Program-made: the position numbers and the translations under genes
Notes under the pieces: model-generated
Databases searched by the model: none
The model's input: the letters and a program-made list of their open reading frames with translations, nothing else
What the model was told of the DNA's origin: nothing
Shown here: positions 19,393-29,726 of the stretch, one piece after another
How positions within the stretch are numbered: position 1 is the stretch's first letter
Layout: every line of letters begins with the position of its first letter
Source of the DNA: a virus
Virus record (IMG/VR): IMGVR_UViG_3300045534_000133
Location: 1-64,000 of that record
Length of the DNA stretch: 64,000 nucleotides
Direction: 5' to 3' (one strand)

Positions 19393-22300
19393 TAGCGCCT
19401 CGCGATCTGACGGGAGAGGCCGTAGGTGTCTCGCATCGGGCCGTCCATGTCACCCTCCCGCAACGCGCTTCTGGTTTCGTCGCGGATGAGCATGCTGATC
19501 ATGCGCCGCCCGTCCGGGCCCTTGCTCTCGCTCGTTTCGACAGGGGCCGCCGCGCCAGAGCGCTGATCAATGACGGTGATCTGCACGCCGCCGCCGTCGC
19601 CACTGCCGCCGACACCCAGACGCCCATCAGGGCCCCGCTTGAGCGGCAGCACAGCTTCGGGGCCTGCCTCGAAGGCCAACCCCATGCCGCCCGCCATCGG
19701 GAACAGCACCGGAGAGGCGCCCACGCCACCAAAGGTGTCTCCGAAGGCCGCTCCCTTGACGATCGTACCGACCGCCGTCGCCGCAACCTTGGTCAAGGTG
19801 TCGCCGCCCCCGACTTGGGCCAAGGCTGCGGACGCTGCCATAGCGGACCTCGTCAGGGTCGTCATGGCGCCGGTAGCAGCGGTGGTCGCAACAGCCGCCC
19901 GGGCATCAGCAGTCGATCGAGCCGCTGTGGCAGCGGCATCCCTCGTTGCCTCGGCGATAACAGCGCCAGCCCCGCCGCCACGCGCAGAAGCACGATCGCC
20001 ACGCATGCCGCCCACGGTGTTCTGCAGGAAATCAGTTGCCTGCTCGGCGAACTGCTCTGTGGCCCGCTCCAGAGGACGGACCAGCAGAACGTCGGCGATG
20101 TTGGTGCCGATGCGGGAGACGACGCCTTGGATGACCGACACGAACTTCTCGGCCTCAACCTTGCCGTCTTCAAACAGGTCCGCAAACAGGCTACGGGCGC
20201 CTCCGCCAACCGCGTCTGCCGTGTTGGCGGCGATGCTGGCGATCTCCTCCATAGACTGGGCCTGCTGCTGGATGAGGCGCAGCCGCTCGCTGTTGGCGCG
20301 TACGGACCGCTCCTCCTCCTCGGCGAGTTTGGCACCGGCAGGCAGGAGCCCGTCCCGCACCAGTTCCTCCTCGCGCTGGATGACGGCCGCCTCCTCGCGA
20401 CGGGCGCGACCAACGAGGCCCCGTAGTTCAAGTTGGCGCTCGGCAACGCGCACGCTCTCGGCGTCGGCGTCGCGCCGGTCCTTGGTGATGCGGGCGTCCT
20501 CGTTCGCCTGATCGGCCACCACCCGCGCAATCGCCAGCATGGGGTTTGACGAGCCCTCGGCGGCCTGCCGCCCCTCCTCCATCCGGCCGAACTGTCGGCG
20601 GCTGAACGCATCGCTACCGATGCTGGCGTACCGACCGGCCGCACCCATCGCGTCAACAGACTCGGCGTTGGCGGCAGCTTCCCGGGCAGCGTTTCGGCTG
20701 TTGAACCGGATACGGGCTCCGGTCACGTCTCCGCCGTCGCTGGCCAGCACCGCCTCCTCTGCCCGCTGCCGGGCGAGATCGACGGCATAGCCGCGCTGGC
20801 CCGACACAAGGGCAGCAGACGCCGCCGCCTCGACCCCGGCCTCATTCTGGGCGTTCAGCAGGCTCTGCGCATTGGCAGTGGCCCGTTGGGCGACAATCAG
20901 GCGCTCCAGCGCTTGCCGGTACTTCTCGGTCGCCTCGGTGATCTTGTCGTCTTGTATCGTGCCGAAGTTCTGGAACCGGAACTGGGCGGTCTGCTCTGCG
21001 ATGCGCGCATTGTCCATGGCGAGGCGCCCGCGCCCAGCCGCAACCGTCCGGCCTTCCTCTGCTGTCGCCTGCTGGCCAAGAGTCTCGATTGAACCTTGAG
21101 TTTGGGCAACCGCGCCAGCGACGCCGATGTTAACAAAATCCTGCTCTGTGGCGCCGGTGTAGCCAGCTTCATCGAACGCGCGGAAGGCGCGTGCCGCCGC
21201 CGTGCCGATGGCAGTACCACCCCCCCCGCCGCCGATCTCGCGGCCACGGAGAGCGTCCTGCGCAGAGTCCTGCATGCGCGTGTATGGGGTGCGGGAAAGG
21301 CTCTCCTGTGCCGCCACGGCCGCGCGCCGTCGATCGCGCAGTTCCGCCAAGCGTTCAGCCTTGCGGGGCGTCCCGTCTGGCAGGCTTTCCACGTCGCGGA
21401 TATCAGCATCAATGTCTGCGATCTGAGCAGAACTTCCCGATGTGAGAAGCGCCTGCCCTCGCTGCACCATACCAGAAGTGTTTGGGTCCGAAGCAGGAGT
21501 GGCAGGAGCGTCTGGCAGGGGGCGACCTTGAGAATCCACTGGGCGGCGCGTGACCGGGTCCAGAAGGCGGCCTTGGCTGTCCCGGCTTGTTATGTGCAGG
21601 TGAGGCCCGGTAGTCGAGTTCCCGCTATTGCCTGTCCGGGCCAGCATTTCCCCGGCTCTGAACTCCTGCCCCCGTCTCCAGTTGTCCCCCTCGATATTCT
21701 GGAGGTGGGCGTAGTAGTCAGTGGAGCCGTCTTCGTAGCGAACGGTCAAGGCGTTGCCGCCGGGCGTGCGGTTGAACGGGTCGGAATTAAAGTCCGTGAC
21801 TACGCCGTTGGCAAGGGCACGCAACGGGGTGCCTACCGGCGCGGCATAATCGTAGCCAGTATGGACCCTGTTGCCGGGACGGGCTGCACCGGGCCGACCT
21901 TCGGGACCGGGCATGCGTCCACCAGCGATCGGAAGCCCGCCTCGCAAACCCCGGGGGCCGCCATTAGCCCGGTCTTGCTCCTCTTGATCAATAGACCGCT
22001 GGACCAGATCGTTGTATTGGTCGCCCATCCCACCGGGCGCCGTACGCAAAAGCAGATACTCAAGGCCGCGCGCTTCGATGCCGCGCTTGGCGTCATCGAA
22101 ACCCTTGGCAATGGCATTAGATATGGCCGCAGAGAACTTGTTCAGACCGGACTCCTCGGCCAGCGAATCGAAGAAATCGCCAGCGGCCCGCCCCATGTTG
22201 GTGAAGGCAGCCTCCGAGGTCTGCTCCATGTCGCCGATATCTTTCCGAACCTGCTCTGAGGTGCGATTGATTGCGGCGATGAAGTCGTCTGAAAACAGGT

Positions 22301-23450
22301 TCCCGTCAGCGGCCATCTGCTTGATAGCTTCGATCGGAAGGTTCAGCCCGTCAGCAAGGCGGCTTGCCAGTTCGGGTGACTGATCGAGAAGGGTGTTGAG
22401 TTCTCCAAGTTCGACGCGACCGTCCTTGAAGGCCGAAGCGACCTTGTTGCCCAGTTGCTCAAAATCTGCCGCTCTGGCACCGCCGATCTGGTCAATCAGG
22501 GCAAGCGTGGAACCAAAGGTGTCCATGTCCTGTGCCGACGAGTCGAGCGGGGCCCTTTCGAGCCCCACGCGCAGGGCCCGCTGATCACCGCGCTCTGAAC
22601 CACTAAACCGGGCCGCTCGACTGACGCCCTCGATCGCCTCGGCGGCTGCAGCGCTGGACCCGGTGATCGAAACCAGTCGGCGCTCCAGCAGTTCCGCGTC
22701 GTCGGCAGCCTTGATGGCAGCCTCCGCAGTGGCCTTCAAAACCATGACGAGGCCAACGCCCAGCGCGGCCCCTGCAGAGCGACCAACGATCGAGAGTAGG
22801 TTCATGCCGCTCGCGGCCCGGCCTACCGCCGTGCTGGCCGCCCCTGCGGCTTGGGTGGTGTCGTCAAGGGCGTCCGTGATGCCGCCGCGTCCCTGTGAGT
22901 TACCAGCCGCTCCGGTAATGGCGCCAGCCACCGCGTTACCAGTGACCCCCGCACCGATCGCAGCGACAGGGTTCTGTCGAACGGCAGCAGCTTGCAAAGC
23001 AGCCTGCTCTGCCGCCGATGCCGACGCTCTGCGCGCCACCTGACCGTCAGCCCAGTCGGCCATGGCCTGATCAGCGTACCAGCCCCCAGACTTGGCCTGA
23101 ACAGGCATTGGGGCAGACGGGATATTGACGGGCGACACCGCGCCCGGCGTAGCGGCAGCAGGTGTCGGCTTCGGCGCCGTCGCCAGCATAGTCTGGGCTT
23201 GTTGAGCCTTGGCGGCGCTCTCGGCGACACGCTCGTTGGCCTTGGCCAGCGCTTCGGCGGCCTGCGCCGTCTGGTTCAGCTTCTGGGCATCCGATGACGC
23301 GCCCTGCGCCATGCCGGAAGTGGCCTGTTGGGCCTGCCCGGCGGCCGTACCGACACCCTTGAGGCTTTCGGCAACCGCCTCTGCGGCCTCCTGAGCCTTG
23401 AGTAGCGGGCCCGTGTCGATCGCAAAGCCCAGCGGGGCAATATCAGCCAT
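19392..23450 (-). CDS. Tape measure protein with internal M23 peptidase domain
   Basis: Ala-rich helical protein; HTGYD, YAHL, GNSGNSTTGPHLH; C-terminal EAGPEAVLPLKRG.DG.LGV. Confidence 0.92.
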   Translation of the reverse strand: MADIAPLGFAIDTGPLLKAQEAAEAVAESLKGVGTAAGQAQQATSGMAQGASSDAQKLNQTAQAAEALAKANERVAESAAKAQQAQTMLATAPKPTPAAATPGAVSPVNIPSAPMPVQAKSGGWYADQAMADWADGQVARRASASAAEQAALQAAAVRQNPVAAIGAGVTGNAVAGAITGAAGNSQGRGGITDALDDTTQAAGAASTAVGRAASGMNLLSIVGRSAGAALGVGLVMVLKATAEAAIKAADDAELLERRLVSITGSSAAAAEAIEGVSRAARFSGSERGDQRALRVGLERAPLDSSAQDMDTFGSTLALIDQIGGARAADFEQLGNKVASAFKDGRVELGELNTLLDQSPELASRLADGLNLPIEAIKQMAADGNLFSDDFIAAINRTSEQVRKDIGDMEQTSEAAFTNMGRAAGDFFDSLAEESGLNKFSAAISNAIAKGFDDAKRGIEARGLEYLLLRTAPGGMGDQYNDLVQRSIDQEEQDRANGGPRGLRGGLPIAGGRMPGPEGRPGAARPGNRVHTGYDYAAPVGTPLRALANGVVTDFNSDPFNRTPGGNALTVRYEDGSTDYYAHLQNIEGDNWRRGQEFRAGEMLARTGNSGNSTTGPHLHITSRDSQGRLLDPVTRRPVDSQGRPLPDAPATPASDPNTSGMVQRGQALLTSGSSAQIADIDADIRDVESLPDGTPRKAERLAELRDRRRAAVAAQESLSRTPYTRMQDSAQDALRGREIGGGGGGTAIGTAAARAFRAFDEAGYTGATEQDFVNIGVAGAVAQTQGSIETLGQQATAEEGRTVAAGRGRLAMDNARIAEQTAQFRFQNFGTIQDDKITEATEKYRQALERLIVAQRATANAQSLLNAQNEAGVEAAASAALVSGQRGYAVDLARQRAEEAVLASDGGDVTGARIRFNSRNAAREAAANAESVDAMGAAGRYASIGSDAFSRRQFGRMEEGRQAAEGSSNPMLAIARVVADQANEDARITKDRRDADAESVRVAERQLELRGLVGRARREEAAVIQREEELVRDGLLPAGAKLAEEEERSVRANSERLRLIQQQAQSMEEIASIAANTADAVGGGARSLFADLFEDGKVEAEKFVSVIQGVVSRIGTNIADVLLVRPLERATEQFAEQATDFLQNTVGGMRGDRASARGGGAGAVIAEATRDAAATAARSTADARAAVATTAATGAMTTLTRSAMAASAALAQVGGGDTLTKVAATAVGTIVKGAAFGDTFGGVGASPVLFPMAGGMGLAFEAGPEAVLPLKRGPDGRLGVGGSGDGGGVQITVIDQRSGAAAPVETSESKGPDGRRMISMLIRDETRSALREGDMDGPMRDTYGLSRQIARR

Positions 23451-23831
23451 CGGTCGCCCCTCCATCCTTGTCATCGCCCCGACGCATAGAATCGAGCGCC
23501 CGGATGGTCCTTATCTCCCACGGAGAGAGCGGGTCGTCCATGTTCTGGCAGCGGGCCGCGATTTCCATGTGCGATATCGCCTGCCCGCCACTGAAACCGG
23601 CCTCGCGGCCCTGATCTAGGTCAACGAAAACAGACCAGAGGTGGAACGCCTCGACAGGCAGCACCGCCTCCTCCTCGGGCACAACCGCCTTGTGCTTCCC
23701 GGCGGCGATGAGAGCCTTTTTGGCAACCGCCCAGTGGTCGTTGACCGAAGCCCCGTCCGAGGTCGCAACGCGCGCCCTGAACTTCTGGCGGCCGTAGGCA
23801 AGGGTGCGGCCTACGACGCCTTCATAAAAGC
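23443..23831 (-). CDS. Tail assembly chaperone gpT-like part (reached by -1 frameshift)
   Basis: Open -1 frame from about 23853 to stop 23443; W..F..L...R..GF.G...I...EI...L..WE...I..LD. Confidence 0.75.
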
Positions 23832-24248
23832 GACCCGGCGGGCGATGAACTGGTCAGCCTGATCGCGGCTGATCGGGTAGGCGCGCAGGAACCGGGAGAT
23901 GGTGGCCGCATCGCAGGGCGCCTCGGTGCCGTCGGAAAGCTGCACATTCCAGCCCTTGATCATGCCAGCGAGGAACAGCACGGCGTCCTCGTCGGCATCG
24001 TCCGCGCGCTGCTCGTCGGTGCGCTCACCAAGGCTGGAGCGCTCGATCTGACGCTTGCGCTGCAGGCGGTTCTGGGTGCGGTAGGCCTTGCTGTCAGGGC
24101 CATAGAGGGTGAAAACGACGGGCTTTCCGTCCTGCCGCTTGAGCGGCGTGCCGTCGGCGCGAATGACGGGCATGTCCACGCCAGATTCTGACATGGTGAC
24201 CGTGTCGAGGCCGGGCGCGTGGAATCCGAGTTCGGTGGGTTTCGTCAT
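23811..24248 (-). CDS. Tail assembly chaperone gpG-like
   Basis: Between tail tube and tape measure; G.DS..YR, LA....GWN. Confidence 0.85.
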   Translation of the reverse strand: MTKPTELGFHAPGLDTVTMSESGVDMPVIRADGTPLKRQDGKPVVFTLYGPDSKAYRTQNRLQRKRQIERSSLGERTDEQRADDADEDAVLFLAGMIKGWNVQLSDGTEAPCDAATISRFLRAYPISRDQADQFIARRVAFMKAS

Positions 24249-24333
24249 GGTGGTCCTGTTTCCTAAACGGTTGAGTGGCGGGTCTGGCCCCCCGCCACTC
24301 CATAATCCCCCACGCGCGGCCAGCGCGGTTCGG

Positions 24334-25578
24334 TTACGTCAGGTTGCTGCGCTGGATGACCAGCGTGCTGGTGTCGAAGCCGGTCCCCGACTTAACGGTT
24401 GCCTGATACGGGAACTGGACGATCACGCCGCCCTCGGGCCCGATCTGCTTTTGAGCGCCCATCAGCTTGACGCGCTGCATGTTGAACGCGAGGAAGTCCG
24501 AGTTGGCCACGGCGCCCGGGACGAGCGCGGCGATCTCGACTTCGGTTTCGTTGAGGAAGGCGGCGATCAGGCTCTGGCTTTCGAGGAAGGCCGTAACCAT
24601 GCCGGTCACGGTCGTGCGGCCGTAGAAAATGTCGGGCACAAAGCGTGGGCCGATCACAGGCGGGGCCGACAGGTTGAGGTTCACGTTCACGTCGAAGCCG
24701 GTGATGATGGCCTGATCGACACCGGCGACACGGATGCTGCCGCCGATACCGTTGACGATGCCGGTCGAGCCTGCAGCCACCGGTGCCGTGAAGTAGGGCG
24801 CAGAGGCCCCGGTCAGAATCTCGGGCTTGCGGCCCGCAAAGTCGAAACCGACAGTGGCGTTGCCGTTCGGCGCAACACGGAAGCTGCCCCCGCCCACGCG
24901 CACGCCGGTGAACAGTTCCGACACGTCGATATCGTCGTAGGACTGCTCGATCGTGAACGACGGCTTGAGAACGCCGTTGGTGATCTTGAGGCCGACGACC
25001 TCCATGGTGAAAGTGGCATGCGTCGGGGCCGCCAGCATGGTCAGTTCCGCATTGCAGAACGTGAAGTCCATGGTCGTCGCGGTGATCGCCGTGATGCGCA
25101 GGTAGTTGTTCAGCAGTGAAGTCGCCGCCGGACCGGCTGGCAGAGCCGTGAACCGGACGATATCGCCAACCCGGAAGCCCACAGTGATCAGAGAGCCGCC
25201 CGACGCACCAAAGGTGGCGCGGAAAACCCCGCCGCCCGACACAGTGAAGGCGACGTTCGGGGTGGTCCAGACCGTCTGGGTCATCGACAGGGCAGTGCCC
25301 CACGTCGAGCGCATCAGCGCTGCCAGCAGGAGATCGTAGCTGACGGTCGAGAGTTCGCCTTGGATGCCACCGGCGACGCCGAAAGTGCCGTGGCGCACGT
25401 CGGAAACCTGCTGATCAGCCCGCACCTCGTTGGACGCGAAGGCGGCCTTGGTGCCAGCCAGCGACGAGGACACACGACGGGTGCGCTGCGCGGTTACAAG
25501 ACCGGTTGCGGCGGCCGTGCCAAAGGTGGTTTCAGCGCCGACAGTGATAGTCGCGCCAACATTCGGTTGGATGGGCAT
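24334..25578 (-). CDS. Major tail tube protein
   Basis: ETTFG...S.EVR.D.Q....RHG...V.G.I.GEL; SFTIE..Y.D. Confidence 0.85.
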   Translation of the reverse strand: MPIQPNVGATITVGAETTFGTAAATGLVTAQRTRRVSSSLAGTKAAFASNEVRADQQVSDVRHGTFGVAGGIQGELSTVSYDLLLAALMRSTWGTALSMTQTVWTTPNVAFTVSGGGVFRATFGASGGSLITVGFRVGDIVRFTALPAGPAATSLLNNYLRITAITATTMDFTFCNAELTMLAAPTHATFTMEVVGLKITNGVLKPSFTIEQSYDDIDVSELFTGVRVGGGSFRVAPNGNATVGFDFAGRKPEILTGASAPYFTAPVAAGSTGIVNGIGGSIRVAGVDQAIITGFDVNVNLNLSAPPVIGPRFVPDIFYGRTTVTGMVTAFLESQSLIAAFLNETEVEIAALVPGAVANSDFLAFNMQRVKLMGAQKQIGPEGGVIVQFPYQATVKSGTGFDTSTLVIQRSNLT

Positions 25579-25591
25579 GGTGGCAAGCCTC

Positions 25592-26233
25592 CTAGTTCTC
25601 GGTCCATGCCGTCACCGATGCAGTGACGGCGCATGCTGTCCAGACCGATTCCTCATTCAGGGGGGCCTGATCAGCAGACGCCACCTTCCCTACGTTCCCC
25701 CCGAACGAAAGTCCGGTGCCGGGGCGGTAGAGTTCCAAGAGTCGGCCTGCCATAGATTCGATGCCCAGAGTGCCTTGACCGGACGGCCATTGCAATGTCA
25801 GCGACAGAAGCAGGTCATGGCGCCATTGACCGCCAAACAGAACGGGCTGTCCGCCGATGCGCCGGAACACCTCACTGATGAAAGGCACGCCCTCGACCGG
25901 GTGGAAAGTCTCGCGCTCCCACGCCACCTGCGGCATGTAGGCGGTCACGCTGCCGCCTGTCACGCTTTGGTTGGTCAGGGCCCGGCCGAACGTCAGCGTG
26001 TTGCCAGCCACACCCTCCAGCCGATGAAGGCCGTTATTTGCCGCAGAGAAGCCCGCCAGAACCACATAATCGCCCGGCGCGTGCCCATCAGCCCCAAAGT
26101 CCTTCCCTGCCGCTGTGAGCGTGTCTCCGGCGATTACAGCGCTGCCCGGGATAGCCGACACCGGAAGGGACAGCGTCAACAGCCGGGCCCGGGCCGCCGC
26201 ACGCATGTTTGGAATGATCTTGCGCGCCGTCAT
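25592..26233 (-). CDS. Tail terminator-like protein
   Basis: Position; VAWE...F.P, P.G.G.....A..L...Y..GT. Confidence 0.6.
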   Translation of the reverse strand: MTARKIIPNMRAAARARLLTLSLPVSAIPGSAVIAGDTLTAAGKDFGADGHAPGDYVVLAGFSAANNGLHRLEGVAGNTLTFGRALTNQSVTGGSVTAYMPQVAWERETFHPVEGVPFISEVFRRIGGQPVLFGGQWRHDLLLSLTLQWPSGQGTLGIESMAGRLLELYRPGTGLSFGGNVGKVASADQAPLNEESVWTACAVTASVTAWTEN

Positions 26234-26664
26234 GCCGCCAGCCCCTTCGCAGTAGCCTCAACGATTGCGGGCCAGCGCTTCACATTGTTCGTGACGTAAA
26301 ACCGACCGGCCTGATTGTAGTTTCGCCCCAGACTGTCCATGCCCACAAAGCCATACTCGATGCGGCGGGCATAGACGCAGGCGTTGGTGTAATAGATCGT
26401 CGAGCCCAGTTCCAGCGTCTCGACCTGAACCGCGAAATCGGCCATGGCCAGCGCGCCACCCGGGTCCAGCGAAACATCAGCCTTGGCCGGGGGTATGTCG
26501 CCGATGCTCGGCTGCCAGCTTCCGCGCAGGAACCCCGTGTCGACCGGCGTCGAGGTCACCACGTCAAAGGCCAGAGTGTAGGCAGACTGACGAGCGACCG
26601 CCTTGAGATCGGCCTCGACTTGCGAAAGCCACTTTTGGATACCGGCGTTGTACTCGACCGTCAC
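26230..26664 (-). CDS. HK97 gp10-like neck/tail completion protein
   Basis: TPVDTG.LR.SW, N...YA.RIEYG. Confidence 0.85.
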   Translation of the reverse strand: MTVEYNAGIQKWLSQVEADLKAVARQSAYTLAFDVVTSTPVDTGFLRGSWQPSIGDIPPAKADVSLDPGGALAMADFAVQVETLELGSTIYYTNACVYARRIEYGFVGMDSLGRNYNQAGRFYVTNNVKRWPAIVEATAKGLAA

Positions 26665-27038
26665 TTGCCGATCAGGACGCGGAAATAAATCACGGCGTCG
26701 CCATCAGGGTCGTAAACCACGGCGTCCACGATCTTCCAGTCCTGCCCCTTCCAGCGCACACGATCTCCCCCCATCGGCGTGTAGCCTTCGGGGAAGACGT
26801 GCAGTTCCTCCATGCCCGCCGTGATCTGCGTGCCGTCGCGAAACGACCACGATCGGCCCGGGGGCAAGCCGACCGCCCAGCGAACCCACGAGCCCGAAGC
26901 CGACGCTGTGGTCCGTTGCTGCGTGACCGGGTCTTTGCCGGTTTGGCCAGCCTGCCGGGTGAACGTCGCCTGTACGCCTTTGGACTTGATCAGGCGGCCG
27001 GTCGTCGCACGCAGGCGGTCATACAGGGCAACCATCAC
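26661..27038 (-). CDS. Head closure/head-tail adaptor
   Basis: Y......RLI...G, P..GD.V...W.IV...P.G...Y. Confidence 0.7.
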   Translation of the reverse strand: MMVALYDRLRATTGRLIKSKGVQATFTRQAGQTGKDPVTQQRTTASASGSWVRWAVGLPPGRSWSFRDGTQITAGMEELHVFPEGYTPMGGDRVRWKGQDWKIVDAVVYDPDGDAVIYFRVLIGK

Positions 27039-27598
27039 TCCACCTCATCGAGCGGCGCCGTGGCAAAATCGTGCATGCCGATCGAGAAGGCGTTGTCACC
27101 CTCCGGCGGAGACCAGCCGGGGACAGCGATCGCTTGATTGTCTGGGCGGACATACTGGGCCACCAGCCTGTCGAAGGTGGTGAAAGCCTTGTGCCGGTTT
27201 GAGCCTGCCACATAGGAGACGCTGATCGCCCCCACAGACTCGCTGGCCACTTCCGGCGCCGTGATGTTCTCGTACAAGGCCTCGCCCGCCAGAACCTGTG
27301 AGGCGAGGAACAAGACCCCGTTTTTGAGCCGGACGGGCACGCCGGTGATGACGTGCCCGCTCCAGTCAGTCAGGCCCTCTCGCGGAAACATGAAGGCCTG
27401 ACTGGGCGACAGTGTGGTCCCTTTGTAGCGCCGGACCGTGTCCGCATATTCAGAGGCGAGGCGCAGGGCCACCTCTTTGGTCGTCACGTCAGCGACCGCC
27501 GCAAGGCCGTGCGCCGACAGGTAGGCGTCAAGTTCGGCCACAGAGGCCATCGAGTCCGCGTTTACGAGCCCGGTCCCGTTTTCAACAATCAGCGCCAC
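27035..27598 (-). CDS. Head-tail connector (DnaT-like annotated family)
   Basis: MALIVENGTG..NADS, YKG.....Q...FPR, E.VG.I.V.Y. Confidence 0.8.
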   Translation of the reverse strand: MALIVENGTGLVNADSMASVAELDAYLSAHGLAAVADVTTKEVALRLASEYADTVRRYKGTTLSPSQAFMFPREGLTDWSGHVITGVPVRLKNGVLFLASQVLAGEALYENITAPEVASESVGAISVSYVAGSNRHKAFTTFDRLVAQYVRPDNQAIAVPGWSPPEGDNAFSIGMHDFATAPLDEVE

Positions 27599-27610
27599 AT
27601 TGCCCTCCCG

Positions 27611-28177
27611 TTATTTCGGCGGAAGCCCAGCCGCTACGATCGCATCGGCCTCGTCTTTCGACTTGATGCCCTTGGCGACCACATACCCGTTCTCGGCCAC
27701 AACGTCATGGCCGTCGAAGCCACGGTAGTGGCGCTTTAGCGCTCCCACGGGCTGATCGGGAGCCGCACCTGCTCCATCGGCGTCAGCATCGGCGGCAGGT
27801 TCGCTGCCACCTGCAGCGCGATCACCGATGTTGTCAGCAGCATCATCTGCCTGTGCGTCAGCGGTATGCGGTTCATCGTTCTCGTCCTCCAGCGGGGCCT
27901 GCTCGACTTGATCGGATTCGACGGGAGCGGCCAGCGCGGCCTCCCGATCGGCCTTGGACACAGCCTTGACGCCACCGATGGGCTGCGCTGGCGCCTCGGC
28001 GACCACGATCATTTTCTGGCGGTACAGCTTCTCCAGCATGGACGCGCCCGGCTTCTCCACGCCCTCGGCCGGGAACGGGTCACCATTGATGTAATCCACG
28101 CCCTCATACTTGAAGGCCCGCCAGCAGGCGAAGCTGTATTGGGGGCTGAACGGAAGCGGGTCTGTACGGCGGCGCAT
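27611..28177 (-). CDS. Hypothetical head-associated protein
   Basis: AGGAG RBS; between capsid and connector genes. Confidence 0.65.
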   Translation of the reverse strand: MRRRTDPLPFSPQYSFACWRAFKYEGVDYINGDPFPAEGVEKPGASMLEKLYRQKMIVVAEAPAQPIGGVKAVSKADREAALAAPVESDQVEQAPLEDENDEPHTADAQADDAADNIGDRAAGGSEPAADADADGAGAAPDQPVGALKRHYRGFDGHDVVAENGYVVAKGIKSKDEADAIVAAGLPPK

Positions 28178-28195
28178 CGGCGCTCTCCTGATAAG

Positions 28196-28228
28196 AAAAA
28201 CGGCGGGGGACTCGGAGCCCCCCGCCGC
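28196..28228 (-). terminator. Terminator after major capsid gene
   Basis: cggcggggg/cccccgccg stem followed by TTTTT on minus strand. Confidence 0.7.
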
Positions 28229-28258
28229 AAACTGTCACGGTTTCCGCCCGCTGTCGCG

Positions 28259-29242
28259 TTAGGAAACGGCGTCCTTGAAGAAGTAGCCCAGCTTGTTGCC
28301 GATCAGCTTCTGGGCAAAAGCCATCTCGATCTCGACGCGGTCGGACTTGAGTTGTTCCATGCGGAACGAACGGATACGGCCGCCGCGCGCACCGGCACCG
28401 AGGTGGCCAGTCCACGAGAAAGTGTAGCCAGCCGACGCGGTTTCGAGACCGGGCTCCGGCGCGCAGTAGGCGAACATGGCATGCTTGCCGCCGATGAAGG
28501 CGTGGACGGCCGTTTGGCCTTCCTTGGCCGTGTTCTCCACCGCGTTCATCACCTCGATCGTTTCGATCTCGAACAGGGCAGCCAGAGCAGCCTTGCTGGC
28601 CATGGCCGGGGCACCCGGGGTCTGGCCGTACTTCACGCGGTCGATCACATCGGGGTGGTCCAGCAGGGCGTCATAGACGGCCCGGCCCAGAACCAGCTTG
28701 TTGGGCTCGAAGCCGGTTTCCTGCATCATCTCGCGCTTGGCGCGGCGCACGTCCTCGATCGGAGTCGAGGCGGCGTCATCCCAGCGACGGAACTGGGTGC
28801 CGGTTTCGCCGGACGCGACACCGGCCCGCTCGAATCCCCAGACGCCGGTTGCGAAGAAGCTGGTAACGAACAGTTTCTCGCGCTTGATCAGCGCCTTGTT
28901 GGTCACGAAGATCGTGGCGTGACGATCGGGGGCCAGAACGCTGTCGGCGTTGGCGCGAACTTGGTCGTCGATATCCTTGTGGAAAGCGTAGACCGGCGCG
29001 TAGTACTGATCGGTCCCCAGACGGAAGCCGCCACCCTCGGACTCGGTGCCGGGCGCCCGCACTTTCATTTCGTCGCGGTTGAAGTCGCCCTGATTGAAGG
29101 TCCAGAACAAGTCCGACTGCTTCTGGACCGGAATGTTCGGGAAAATGCTGTCAGCGACGAAGTTGGTCGCGTTCTGCATGTAGGCGACGCTGATGTTGGT
29201 CAGCGGAGTGTTGACGTGCACGTCACCGGGAGTCGGGTTCAT
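28259..29242 (-). CDS. Major capsid protein
   Basis: VN..LTNISVAY.Q...FVAD..FP..PV; P..D........G..PN. Confidence 0.9.
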   Translation of the reverse strand: MNPTPGDVHVNTPLTNISVAYMQNATNFVADSIFPNIPVQKQSDLFWTFNQGDFNRDEMKVRAPGTESEGGGFRLGTDQYYAPVYAFHKDIDDQVRANADSVLAPDRHATIFVTNKALIKREKLFVTSFFATGVWGFERAGVASGETGTQFRRWDDAASTPIEDVRRAKREMMQETGFEPNKLVLGRAVYDALLDHPDVIDRVKYGQTPGAPAMASKAALAALFEIETIEVMNAVENTAKEGQTAVHAFIGGKHAMFAYCAPEPGLETASAGYTFSWTGHLGAGARGGRIRSFRMEQLKSDRVEIEMAFAQKLIGNKLGYFFKDAVS

Positions 29243-29316
29243 CGTAGGTGCCCCCCTTCGGGCTAATCTTGGGCCAGCGCCCGGTTACGTTTCAGTTGAG
29301 GCCGTCAGACTCCCGC

Positions 29317-29682
29317 TTACGCGGGAAGCTGCTTGCCGGAGGTGGTGGTGACGAGGACTTGGAAAATGTCGCCAGCGGCGGCGGCCTCCATGGCCCGGGC
29401 GACAACCCAGACGCTGGCACCGGTGGCCGTGACGAGCGCGCCAGAGCCGTTGCTCATCAGATCAGCGTCCTTGGCGATGTTGCCGCCAGCGACAGCCTTG
29501 GACAGGTGTTCGGTGCAGACGGTGGCGGCTTGGCCGCTGGCCGGGTTGTTCTGCAGGATGCCCAGCGCCTTGGCACCGTTGGCGCACACGGCACCAGCGT
29601 TGGTGACGGCGCGGAACTGCTGCGCGGCCAGATCGGCCGAGGCGATGACGGTGATGTTGCCCTTGGGATTGGCGGTGGTCAT
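29317..29682 (-). CDS. Capsid cement/decoration protein (DUF2190-like)
   Basis: Small Ala/Gly-rich protein upstream of MCP; AGG.I...G......A..AA.AGD...V. Confidence 0.8.
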   Translation of the reverse strand: MTTANPKGNITVIASADLAAQQFRAVTNAGAVCANGAKALGILQNNPASGQAATVCTEHLSKAVAGGNIAKDADLMSNGSGALVTATGASVWVVARAMEAAAAGDIFQVLVTTTSGKQLPA

Positions 29683-29726
29683 GGGTCCGTTCCTTAAAAA
29701 TCAGAGAGATGAGGGCGGAGCCCGGG

